A DNA stretch of 64,000 bases from Salpingoeca rosetta (GCA_033442325.1 JAWQFM010000005.1:1923665-1987664), one strand, 5' to 3'; positions 40,568 to 53,431 are shown, counted from the first letter of the stretch. Program-made: numbers and translations. Notes: a model not told the origin generated them from the letters alone.

Positions 40568-41979
40568 TAGGGGTGGAGGTGAAGAGGCGGTGGTTGTGGT
40601 GCGTGCGGAGAAGAAAGAAAGGAAGGAAGGGAAGGGAAGCGGAAAGGGAGCAGCAAGGATAACAGAATGGTGGATGTTGATTCAGGGAAGAGGGAGGATG
40701 CGATGAAAAATAAGGCGACAACATGTGTGCGTGGGTGATAGGGGTGGTGTGGGTGCGTGCGGGTGCGTGCGAGTGTCTCGAGTGCTGCTGAGGCATCAGA
40801 GTGTCATGGATGCACAGAGAGAAAGCTCAGAAAGGGGGGGGGGGGAAGAGAAGGGGTTGGGGTTGTTTAGACATACTGCTGCTGCTCGCTATCTCGTTTG
40901 GAGATGCAGGTCAAGATTTTCCGCTCTTCTTGCGCAGCGGTTCTGCAAACAAAGCCGGTGGTAAGCCAGAGGACAGCATGGGGGAACAAGAGAAGGTGGG
41001 AGGTGAGAAGAAAGGAATGACACGGTGGGAAAGGAGTGATGTGTCAGCAAGGGTGGGGAATCATGCCACGATACAAAATATGCTGAAGCTCAGCGTCACA
41101 AGCGAGCGCACAATGCCACAGCAAGCATGCCAAGGGGAGAGAGTGTGTGGGTGTACGTGTATGTGTGTGTGCATGGGTGTGTGTATGTATGGGTGCACGT
41201 ACATGTATTTGGGAATGTTTCGAATAATCTTGACCGCAACCCTGTGACCTCCACTAGTTTGACGTGAACAGCCAAGGTAGAAGCCGAACAACAACAAGAC
41301 AGGGAAAGGGGATGAGGCAATGACGGCGCGAGCGGGCGCAGCTCACGCGCGCGCACAAAGGGGTAGAAGAACCAGCGTGCGACAGCAACACGCGCTGCAT
41401 GATCACCACACACACACACACACGCACGCACAAATACACGTTGCACACACAAGACACCCACCCACACCCACACACCCACATGGCGCACCAACCTCGTGCA
41501 TTCGTACACGCGGCCAAAAGTGCCTTCACCAAGGCGCTTGTCGACAGTGTACGTTGTGTCTGGCGCACGCAATTGGTCTTGTGTGCGCACGCGCATGTGA
41601 CCATCGTCCTGTGGTCGGCGCTATCACCCACCCAAGCGGCAAAACGAGCAAGCAATACACCGTGTGAACAACAAAACGAGCAAGCAGCAAGACACGTGCA
41701 CAAACACAACAACATCAGGCGCGAGCAGCTCATGGCTTGATCCAAATGCAGCAAACAGCAGTTGTAAGCATTCCCTCTCTCCCTCTCTCCCTCTTTCACA
41801 CACACACACACACACCCTTCCTCACACACACCCTCTCTCTCCCTCACACACACACACACCCTCTCACACACACGTGTGTCAACTTCACGCGTGCGCACGA
41901 GTGAGCCAGCGAGCTCGCAGTCAGTCGTTCGTACCTTGTGCGAGTGGTCTGGGGAGTGTTTGCGTTTCCTTCCCGTCAT
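38266..41979 (-). CDS. CLK: CLK/LAMMER-family dual-specificity kinase (multi-exon)
   Basis: [62 protein letters not shown], and the LAMMER-box variant [11 protein letters not shown]. Confidence 0.93.
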
Positions 41980-43120
41980 GGTGATGCCAGCAAACAACTA
42001 CAACAGCAACTGCGACGGCGATGACCAAAATAAATCCAGCAGCCTGTGCTCGAACCCCAGCTGATAAATCAACCACGGGTGCCTTCCCGCCGACGTATGC
42101 ACAGAAAGAGAGAGATAGAGAGAGAGAACAGTGGTGGTGTTGTTGAGTTGAGAGCGCAGCGTGGTGAGTCTGCGACGACGACGATGATGATGCTGCAGCT
42201 GCTGATGGTGATGATGGTGTGCTCACGACTTCTCGGCAGCGTGTGGTCGTTCGTTGACACACACCACTCACCTTCTTGCTTCCAGAATAGTTGCTTCGTT
42301 TTATTTTCGTGGCGGGCACCTGGGCCCGTCCCATAAGGCTCACCAGCAGGCGTGGAACGCCGCAACGTATCCACCACAGCGTGTGCGCATTAGGGCGGTT
42401 TGCGCTGTTGCTTTTCCCAGCTCAGCATTTACCTCTCTCTCTCTTTCTGGCGTGGCTTCTTCGTCTCTGTGGTGAGTTCATGGGTGGCTTGATCTTGTGC
42501 TGCAGCTGGTTGGTGGTGCAAGGGTTGAAGATGATGCTGATGGTGGTGGTCGTGGGTGGTGGAGATGAACGTGACCGCAACAGCAGCCAGCCAGCCAGCT
42601 TCCCCTTGCAGTGACCTCCACATCATCTTGTGGACCGCCACTGGCGCCTGCACATGAAACATAGACCAGCAACGCAAACAACCAGTACTGCCGCCAAGCG
42701 TGCACGTTGCGTGGACAATTTGATTCTGCAAACACAAACAAAACCACCCGCATCAACAGCAACAGCACCCATATCCGCTGCTTCCCGCAAGTGGCCTCAC
42801 CACAATGCCTTGTTTACATCACACACACACAGACACACGTACGTACACCCGCACACAGGGACTCATTCACATGCATTCACTCACATTTGTGTGTGTTGTC
42901 CTGTCTTGTCTCGCTCTTTTGTGGTCATCCTCGTGTTCATTTTGCTTCATCGCCGACCGGATATCAGGTGGCGCGCACGTCTCTTGTCCTTCTTTCTCCT
43001 TCTTCCTCCTCCTTCTCCTTCTTCGTTCTCTTTCTTTCCTTCTCTCCCCTACTTGTCTTCGCTTAGCCGTGCTCCGCAGATCCACCCGCGACCTTGCACC
43101 GAGCACCGCTGTCAGCCGCC

Positions 43121-46100
43121 ATGGCGTACCTGCGCGTCTGCCTGGCCCTCGTTGTGGCCCTGGCTGTCGCAAACGCAACCACCGTCCTGCACTCCGCAGA
43201 CGGTGCGTTGCTCTCCACTGTGCTGCACATCACATTGCCTCTGTTTGTTTCCTCTTTCGCTCTTTCACATGGGTTCTGGCGCCCAACACACGGACATACA
43301 CAGACAGACAGACAGACACACACACACACAAGCACACACGCGCGCGGACATCAACACACCAAACACAATGTACTCATACACCCCCCCCCACAAACACACA
43401 CACACACTCCTGCACTCACCCGTCCCCCCACAAACACACGGCAGTGGAAGCGCCGTCCATCATCAACACGCGTTCCCTTGAGCGGAATGCCCGTGCCCTG
43501 GATGCCCTTGAGCCCGGCGAGGCCCGCCCAGAGTTTGCCATCTCGCCCGAGGTCGTTGTTGGCCCCGTGCGCCAACTCATCTACCCGGGCACACCCGAGT
43601 TTGACCAGTTTCTCCCTCCCAACGTGAGCTTCTTCCCACCACCATCACACATGAATACGAGAGCTTAGCGTGCTCAAAGTAGACGTTTCCACACACACAA
43701 CGACTCGTGTTGCACAACCACATGCACGTACAATCACACGCACACACACGCACACACACACACACACACACACGTGCGCGACATCTATCACACACACTCA
43801 CACAATCACAATCACACACACACACACAATCACACACACTCACACTTCTCCCCAACCCCCTCTCTTCTTTTTCCTTGTAGGACAATGAGGACATCTTCTT
43901 CGTCCAGGAAATTGCCCGGCACATGAGCCCGCGCATGGCGCAGGTGCTGGACATCCTCGCCCAGACTGTGAAGCAGCTCAAGCTTTCCGACGGTACCCCC
44001 CTGCGCCTCGCTGTTCGCAACGGTTACGAGGACCCCACGGGCTCCGAGACCTCGCCCGAGCTGTTCCACGAGGGCCGCATGGTGGACCTCGCCCTGTACA
44101 ACACGGGCAACGGCGACATCATCAACAACGCCGCCGACATGGGCACGCTCGCGGCGCTGGCGTGGAGGGACCGCCTGGACTGGGTGCGCCACTTCCAAAT
44201 CACCCCACAGAATGCCGCGCAGTTCAGCTTTGTGCGCGTTGCCGTCGTCCCTGAGTCGTGCGGTGCCACCCTCGACTTTGCCTTCCTGCTCGACGGCTCC
44301 GGCTCCCTCCTCCAGTCTGGCTGGGACTCGCAGATCCAGTTTGTCAAGGACGTCACTGCCTACTTTGACGTCGGCCGCAACCGCACGCACGTCGGCATTG
44401 TCACCTTCCACGGCCCGCGCGTGTCCCACCTCAGCTACAACGAGTCCATCCCGGACTGCCCGCTCGGCACCGTGTGGGAGCCCGATGGCGAGGGCTGCAT
44501 CTGCGAGGTTGAGGGCTCCCAGTGCACCGGCTCCGCCTGCGGCACGGGCTACTACGAGCTCGAGGCCGGTGGCTGCCAAGGCGCCACAGACCAGAACATC
44601 GACACCCTGCCAGACTGCGAGATTCGCCAGTTCTTCCCACACGGCTGCGCTGACTGCACGTGCAACCCGCTCGGCCAGAAGTACCAGCCCAGCGACTCGT
44701 ACACGGTTGACCAGCTATTCTCCATGACCCAGGACCACGACGACCTCGCCGCCACGCTCGACTCGCTCGTCTTCCCCGACGGCGCCACCCACATGTCGGC
44801 CGGGCTCGAGCAGATTCGCGACACCATCTTCCAGCTGCGCAACGGCATGCGCGAGTACGAACAGGCCATCCCGCGCGTCCTCATCGTCCTCACAGACGGC
44901 AAGTCCAACCCGGGCTTTGAGCCGCACGAGGTGGCGGAGCAGCTGCGCAACCGCGGCATCATCATCTACGCCATTGGCGTCGGCGACTACTACCTGCCGG
45001 AGCTCGAGGCCATGGCCTCGGAGCCCATGGACCGCCACGTCTACGAGCTGGCCGACCCTTCCTCCCTCTTCACCATTGTGGACCGCCTCAGCTTCGACAC
45101 GTGCGACATCCCGGGCCTGCTCCGTGCTGGCGCGCGCATCGCCCTCAGCCTCAGCGCAAACGAGTTCCGCTATTTCACCATCGAGTGCAACGACAACCCG
45201 GACGCGCTCACAGACAAGGTCATTGTCGAGCTCATTGACAGCCCTGACGGCAGCAGGACCCACCTCTTTGTGTCCTCGCGCACCCCAAACCCAACCTCCC
45301 TCAACCACGCCCAGTCGCTCGGCCCACTGCCGCCTGCAAAGGTGCTCGTGCACGACCGCACCTTCTCCGACGGCAGCAGCGGCCTCGTCCACGTCGCCGT
45401 GCAGGCCGCGGCCGGCAAGGACGTCAGCAACGCCCAGCTTGTCGTGTACCAGCTGCTCTTCACAGACTTCCGCCCCATTGTCAGCGTACCGGAGGACACG
45501 TCCCCGGGCACGGAGGTTGTGCCGCCCGCACAGCTGATCGACAGCATCGATGCCGGCATCACCTTCCGCTACTCGCTTGAAGACCCGTATGGCACGTTTG
45601 CCATCAACCCGGCGGACGGTTCCATCACCCTGGCCGGCCCCCTCAACCGCGAGGCCCTTGATACGTACGTTGTGCGCCGCTGGGTCGTCGACTCCCCACC
45701 CGTCGCCGACCAGTGCCTCCGCAGCTTCCAGTTTGTCACCATCTCCGTCTCCGACGTCAACGACAACGTGCCAGTGTTCAGCCAGTCGCTGTACGAGGTC
45801 AACCTGCCCGAAACCCTCCGCGAGCGCCCCGCCCGCCGCCGCCGCGCCGTGGGCACTGTTCTGGTGACCATCTCCGCCACGGACGACGACACGGGCGACA
45901 ACGCCGAGGTGCGTTACTCCATCACCGGCGGCAACGAGCTCGGCCTGTTTGCCCTCGACGAGGTCACTGGCGACTTCACCCTGGAGAAGCCCGTCGACTT
46001 TGAGGAGCTCACCAACCCCGTGCTCGACATTACTGTCGTGGCCACGGACCTTGGCGGCGCCGTGTCTGACCCGGCCACCATCCGCGTCACCGTGCAGGAC

Positions 46101-49100
46101 CGCGACGACCTCCCCGTCTTTGAGTCGGACCAGCTGCCGGAGCTGACCATCTTCGCCGGCGACATTGGCCCCGTCGGCTTTGCCCCCGTCGTCGATGATA
46201 GCCGCAAGAACACGTTTGAGTGCCGCCTCACCACCCCTGGCACCCCATTCACCGTCGCCGCCGCCACGAGCGGCGCCACCGGCTGCAACATTGTTGCGCA
46301 GTCCTCCACCACGGAGCTCGGCGGGCAGATGTTCACCCTCATGCTGGAGATTGCCGACCAAGTCGGCGTGCTGTCGCGCACCCGCGTCGTCGTCAACGTG
46401 CTGCCCACCAACCGCGACCCGCCCGAGTTTGCCATGGACATCTTTGATGTCCTCCTCTCCGTGGCCACGCAGATTGACACCACCGTGGTTGACCTTGGCG
46501 TGACAGACCCCGATGGCGACGCCGTGTCCTGCAAGCTCCTCTCCTCCCCCAAGGGCCTCTTCCGCATCGACGACTGCCAGCTCGTGCTGGACTCGCGCCT
46601 GCCCACGGATGGCCCCACCTTCTTTGACTTGCTTGTGGAGGCGTCGGATGCGCCCACGCGCGGCAACCGCAACCTCACGTCCACGGCCCACGTCCAGATT
46701 ACGCTCACGGGCGTGTGCCCGAGCGACGACGCGTCCTGCACGTGCGCGGACGAGGGCGCCACGCCGCCCAACTGCACCCCAGACCTGTGCGAGGCCTTCC
46801 CTTGCGTCAACGATGGCGTGTGCTCGCAGGGCGTGAGCAACCAAGGCCTGCCCGAGCGCAAGTGCATGTGCGCCGACTTCTTTGGTGGTGACGACTGCGA
46901 GGTGACGCCGTGCGACGACACGCCCTGCATGAACGGCGGCACGTGTAACCCCACCCCCAATGTCGGTCCTGGCTTCTCCTGTGACTGCCCCGTGACCCAC
47001 GATGGTGACATGTGCGAGAACGAGACGGGCATCACCACGACGACCACAACCACAACCACAACCACCACCACCACCACGCTCAACCCGTGCGATGGTTCGC
47101 CCTGCTCTGAGGGCCAGTTTTGCCGCCGCGTCGACGACACCAACTTTGAGTGCGTGGACGGGAGCACCACCACAACCACCACCACGACCACCACCACCTT
47201 GTCCACGACCACGGCAGCCACGACCACCACCACGACAACGACGACGACGACGACCACAACCACGACGACATCGCCGCTGGCCACTGTGACGTTCACGGTT
47301 CCCGACGATGACGAGATCAACGACTGCTCCCAGTGCCAGAACGGCGGAACGTGTGTGAGGACACCCACTGGCCAGGTGACGTGCGACTGCCCACGCGTGC
47401 AGCAGGGCCGCTTCGAGCTGTGCTACGAGAACGCCGACTGCACCTCGCAGCTCCCCTGTGACCAGGTGCCGTTCCCTCGTGGCGATGCCACGGGCTCCAG
47501 CACGTCCACGCCTGCCACCCGCCCTGAGGTGCCGTACACGGTTCCGGACAGCGACGTCATCGACGACTGCTCGCAGTGCGAGAACGGCGGGACGTGCGTT
47601 GTGACGTCGTCCGGCCAGCTGACGTGCGAGTGCCCGCGCGTGCGCCAGGGCGGTGTTGAGCGCTGCTACGAGGATGCCCGCTGCACCAACCTGAGCCCCT
47701 GCGACGAGGTTCCTTTCCCCCGCGGCGACGCCTCTGTCTCCACCACCGCTGCTGCCACCGTCACCTTTACCGTGCCAGACCAGTTTACTGTCTCGGACTG
47801 CACTCTGTGCCAGAACGGCGGCGTGTGCGCGTTCACTGCCAGCGGCCAGCAGTTCTGCCAGTGCCCCCGCGTGCCGATTGGGTCAACCGACTTTTGCTAC
47901 GAGAACTTTGACTGCACGTCGCTGCAGCCGTGCGACCAGGTGGATGGCCCCAACGGCGACCGCTCCGCGTCGACCAACTCGGCCAACAACTCGGCCTCCA
48001 CAGGCATCATTGTTGGCGCCGTCATTGGCGGCCTCCTCTTCATCATCCTCGTGCTCTTCCTCCTCAGCTTCTGCTGCAACATTGCCCTGTGCGCTTGCCT
48101 CGGTGGTGCGGCCTGTTGTGCTGGTGGTGGCACGCCAACGGCACCCATGTACGAGACTGCGGACAACAAGGCCGCCTCCTTTGACAACCCCACGTTTGTG
48201 TCGCACTACGCGGCCACGGGCACCGGCGGCGCGGGCGTCAACGGGCCCAACGCGCTGTCCAACCCCTTCTACGCCATGGGCGCCACAGGCAACAAGGGCA
48301 CCGGTCAGTACGATAGCGTCAACGGCCAGTACGACAGCATCCAGGAGCCGACCTACGACAGCGTCAACGGTGCGTGGCCGCATGCGTCATGGATGGCCGT
48401 GTCTTCGTGTGTTGTCGTGTGATGTTGTGTGCGTGCGTGAATGTGAGAATGCGTATGCGTGACTGTGTATGCGTGTACTCTGTTGTTTGTTTTCAACACT
48501 GTGCTATTGTGCGATCTTGCGTTCCACCTTTCTCATGTACCAGCGTCTCACAATCCACCTCATCCCTCCTCATCAACTTCTTCTTCTTTTTCCCACACAA
48601 CCGTCTGTCGACCCCTCCATCCACCAATTTGCACCGCAGACGGCCATGCGTCTCTGCGCAGCAACAACCGCATGCAGGTTGAGCAGGGCCGCATCCGCCT
48701 GGCCTCTGTTGCCCGCCACAACCCGCTGACAGCAGAGTCGTCCACGGACGCCGCCGCTTCCCTCGACAACCCTATGTACCAGGTTGGCCAGCAGAACGGC
48801 TCCAGCCCCATGTACGCACCCGTTGACGGGCAGCCCTCGTCCATGAGCAACCCCACCTACGAGCGCGCACAAGGCCAGGCACCTTCCAACGTCACATATG
48901 CAGCACCAACAGCCTCGGCGGTGAGGAAGTTGTTTGGGGGTGTGGGGGTGTTGGGGTGTTGGGGAATTGGTGCCGGATGGCCCGTCGACCATGTCATGAG
49001 CCATGTTGCCGTGTGTTATGTGTTGTGTGTGTCGTGTGATGCGTGATGCGCGCGCGCGTGTGTGTTGTGTGTGTGTTTCTCGGCACGTTGGGTCCCTTTT

Positions 49101-49669
49101 GGAACATGCGCTTGCTTGTTGCTGGTTGTATTTGACAATTTATGCTCACCACTGGTCGTGACCTGCTCATTATGTGTACAGGAATCTGACATGTACTTTG
49201 ACGTCGACGCCAGGAACGAGGCTGAGGAAGCTTACACCCAGCACCGCATTGCTGCCACGGTACGTTGTATATCATGACAGTACTTGCCTTTACCTATGTG
49301 TGGCTGTGCGTGGTTGCGCACTGATGCCCTCTGTTGTCACTTTTTCCCTGTTGTTTGCGAGTGCCTGTTCCAACTGCAAGCTTCCATTTTGCCTCAGTTC
49401 GCCCGCCGCCACTGCTTGCGTTTGCACTTACCTCATCCCCCCTCACCCCCTCCCACCCCGCAACGCTCAACCTCCATACACTGCAGGGTGATGCGTCGTA
49501 CATTGATGTGCTGCCGCGCTCTGGTGCTGCGCAGAATGCCGCCATGCCCAGCAGCATGAGCAACCCCTCGTATGCCCAGGCTGGCAACAGCATGCCGCAG
49601 TACGACAACCCGACACAGGGCGAGCCTGCGTACGATACGGTCCCCATTGACCACGATGCTACTGCTTAA
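43121..49669 (+). CDS. Hedgling-family receptor: signal peptide, Hedgehog-N, VWA, beta-rich domain, about 4 cadherin repeats, EGF repeats, Thr-rich stalks, TM, Tyr-rich tail (about 1763 aa)
   Basis: Exons 43121-43202, 43445-43623, 43881-48369, 48640-48920, 49182-49259, 49487-49669 sum to 5292 nt. Hh-like PNDNEDIFF...MSPRM...LRLAVRNGYED...FHEGRMVD...LDWV. MIDAS DGSGS and LTDG. Cadherin motifs PED, LNRE, DVNDNVPVF, ATDDDTG, VDFE. CxNGGTC EGF repeats. TM GIIVGAVIGGLLFIILVLFLL. Confidence 0.92.
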
Positions 49670-50837
49670 ATGGACCCCCCTTCCCTCCCCCTCCCCCTTT
49701 TGCCATTCTCGAACCCATCGCCTTTTGTCTCTCTTGTTATCGTGCGTTATGTTGAGTGTGCGTGTGTGGTTTGTCTCGCGTGCTCTTTCTGTGTCGTTGT
49801 GTTGCCGTAGCGGTGTGCATGTGTTGTCTTTTTTTTTGTTTGTTTGTTTTGGTCGTAGTGCCAGGAAGAGAGCAAGCTGTGTGGCTTGGATGGTTGCGTC
49901 GTTTTTTTGCGACACTTCCATTCCCTTGCCGTATGTTTGTGCTTGTCACTTGCTCTATCCTACAAGAGGCATTCAGCCTATGCTTCTTTTTCTCCCCTCT
50001 TTTTCTGCTTTTGCTCCTTGGAATCGATTCTCTTCTCTGCACTTTTCTTCACCCCCCCCCTCTCTCTTTCGTCTTTCAGCCTGCAGACGGAGTTGTTGTT
50101 CTTCTCCCTTATCTTCAGTTCTCTCCTATTGCTGTTTGGTTTGCGATGCTACTCGATGCATGCCGCGTTTGGTGTGCTGGTTGGCTGGTGGGTTTTTCAT
50201 TTCCCTTCCGCCTGTTGTTGTTGCTGTGGCGTGTTTTGTTGCATTGTCGCGTGGAATGCGTTGTTCTCCGCTGGTTGTTCCTCAACATGCTTGCCTGCCT
50301 GCTTGTGCTCGCGTGCATGTGTGTCTTTGGGTGCGGCGTTGCCTCGCGCTCCCTGCGCACGTGCGACCCGCCAGTGCAAACTGGGTTGGTTGGTTGGTTC
50401 TCCGCCACTCAGCCACACGCATTCATATTCGCGATCACAGTATACTTTCCCCTCGTTCTTCAAGGTCATTGCAAGGAGAGTTGGATTGTTGCGTGTAGAT
50501 GGACGGGAGGAGGAAGTGGGAGATGGGGGGGGGGCAGGAGGAGGAGGCTGCGCTGATGGTCAACATCATTGGCAGTTGGAGTACGTCAGGCGTCAAACGA
50601 GAGGGGCAGTACACCACACGCCAGCGTGTGTGAAGGAGGGGGAGGGGGAAGCAGCTATGCACAGGTTGATGAACAAATGGAGCAACCATTACGTCTCGCG
50701 GTGCAGGAACTTTGATTCCTTGGCGATCTTGGTGAGGCTGTGGTGGAACAGGCACCAGAATGCCGGCGTCCACACTGTTGAAATGGCACGAAGACGAACA
50801 ATGAACACGAATGAAAGCGTGAGCGTCAGGTTTAAGT

Positions 50838-50906
<69 letters not shown>

Positions 50907-51033
50907 CGCGCGTGCGTGTGTGTGTGTGTGTTCCTTTCAAGCAATGTCATCAAAGGAGTACAAACCGAGTTGTCGCGTGCAAAAGACAATCTGACTTGTC
51001 TGCGGCCAACCAGTGTATCTCCCTTTGATAACG

Positions 51034-51137
<104 letters not shown>

Positions 51138-51311
51138 TGGAGAAAGGGAGGATGGCGTGAAGTAGATCCGGTTGGAGACAAGATGTTTGGAACGTGGAGA
51201 CGAGGTGCTGCTCAATGTGAAGGGAGGTGAAATCACAAGAAGTGCATTTTTTTTTTCGCTTCCCCTCCCCCCTCTCACTCTCATTCACCGCACACCTGCC
51301 ATCGTGGACAG

Positions 51312-52281
51312 GGAGCACGCCACTTCCGACGTATCGTCACCTGATCAAGCTGCACAAGGCCGGCAAGGTGTCCTTCAAGCATGTGGTCACCTTCAACATG
51401 GATGAATACTGTGGCCTCCCACGCGACCACCCCGAGTCTTACCACAGCTTCATGGTGAGGCTTACCTGCCTGGGATCGGAAGAGGGGCAAGGGCAAGAGC
51501 GCAGCGGGATGGGCTGTTGTTTCGTGCACACTCGCTCGTCTCTTCCGCAGAAGCGACAAACCCTCACACGCACTCACTTGCGTACACGCTCGCACACGCA
51601 CTCACTTGCGTACACGCTCGCACACGCACCCTAATTTGCATGCGCATGCGTTCATGTATGCAGTGGGAGAACTTGTTCAAGCACATTGACATTGTGCCAG
51701 AGAACGTCCACATCTTGGATGGAAACGCGCCCGACTTGGAGAAGGAGTGCGCCGAGTATGAGAAGAAGATTGAGGCTGTGGGTGGCATCGAACTTTTCCT
51801 TGCAGGTCTGCATCGCAGTGTTCCAGTGCGCGTGTGCGCCTGGGTGGCATGTCTCTACACATGTCCACATTTGCACATGTCAATGTAACAGCAGTCAAGG
51901 TCACGTCTTTCTGCATACGTCCATCGTTTTGTGCCGGTATGGCTTTCTGTTGACCAACCCCCCAAGTCCAACCACACGTGCTTACCGCTGGCCCACACCA
52001 CCGCCCATTGCGTGCCACTGCCACCATCACCAGGTATTGGCCCGGATGGTCACATCGCCTTCAACGAGCCGGGCTCCTCGCTGACATCTCGCACTCGCAT
52101 CAAGACGCTTGCGTATGACACCATCCTCGCAAACGGTACACACACACATATACATACAGGCACATAATTGCCTTTTGCGGCTTCCCGCAACACAAGCTGG
52201 AAATCCGTGCACATTATTCCTCACCCACTCTCTTCCACCCAAACACTCACATGGTCTCTGTTTCTCAATGTCTATGACACA

Positions 52282-52361
<80 letters not shown>

Positions 52362-53105
52362 CACACACGTTCACACACGTTCACACACGTTCACACACTC
52401 ATCATCATCATCCTTTCCTCTTGTGAATCCATAGCGCGTTTCTTTGGAGATGACATTGACAAAGTGCCACACATGGCCCTCACCGTCGGTGTTGGTACTG
52501 TAATGGTAAGTGCACCCCTGAACAATGTATACTGAAACCCCTGCTTTCCCTTTGCTGCTGTGATGAAATTACAGTGATTGTCGCTGTGTCGCGCACGGCA
52601 ACTCCATGTGGCTCGACACGCACCTTGGTGCCCTCAGCATCGGGTGAGCTCACCCAAATGGCTCCCTCATCTCCGCCATCACACACCTGTGCATTGACAG
52701 GACGCCCGCGAAGTCGTTCTGCTGGTCACCGGCGCTCACAAGGTGCGTGCGTGCGTGCGTGTGTGTGTGTGTTTGTGTGTGTGCGTGTGTGCGTGCGTGC
52801 GTGTGTATGCTTGTGTTTGTGGTGTGTGTGTCTTGTGTGCATGAGTGTGTGCATGAGTGTGTGTTTGTGTTGTGCGTGAATGCGCGTGTGCATGCGGGCA
52901 TACTCCCTGTGCACTCACCCGGCTGCCTGTCAATGCACGCGGAGAACAGTCGTACGCCCTGCACAAGGCGATTGAGGACGGCATCAACCACATGTGGACA
53001 TGCTCCTGTCTGCAGAACCATCCACGCGCTCTCATTGTCTGCGACGAGGTCAGAGAGAGAGAGAGAGTGTGTGTGTGTGTGTGTATGTGTGCGTGTGTAT
53101 GTGTA

Positions 53106-53136
<31 letters not shown>

Positions 53137-53423
53137 GCGTGTGTATGTGTGTGGGCATTTGTCTCACTCTCTCACTCTCACTCACTCACTCGCTCACACA
53201 CTCTCTCCATGTGCGCGCATGTGGTCCACACAATACCTCACTTGCGCAATCATCTTCTGCCACCATTTGCTGACAGGACGCCACACTGGAGCTCAAGGTG
53301 AAGACCGTCAAGTACTTCAAGGGCTTGATGAAGGTGATGGTTGAGCGCGAATGCGGCGGTGATCTGGACGACACCACCGTCATCGCACCATCATCTCAAA
53401 GCAAGACAGCAGCAACTTCGTGA
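51312..53423 (+). CDS. GNPDA: Glucosamine-6-phosphate deaminase; the first ~40 codons were not found
   Basis: [78 protein letters not shown]. Exons 51312-51454, 51664-51805, 52034-52135, 52435-52505, 52701-52742, 52950-53048, 53277-53423. Confidence 0.93.
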
Positions 53424-53431
53424 CACCCTCG

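Noticed and set aside
44715-47368. 761-aa and 484-aa antisense ORFs
   Set aside because: Shadow frames of the GC3-rich Hedgling exon.
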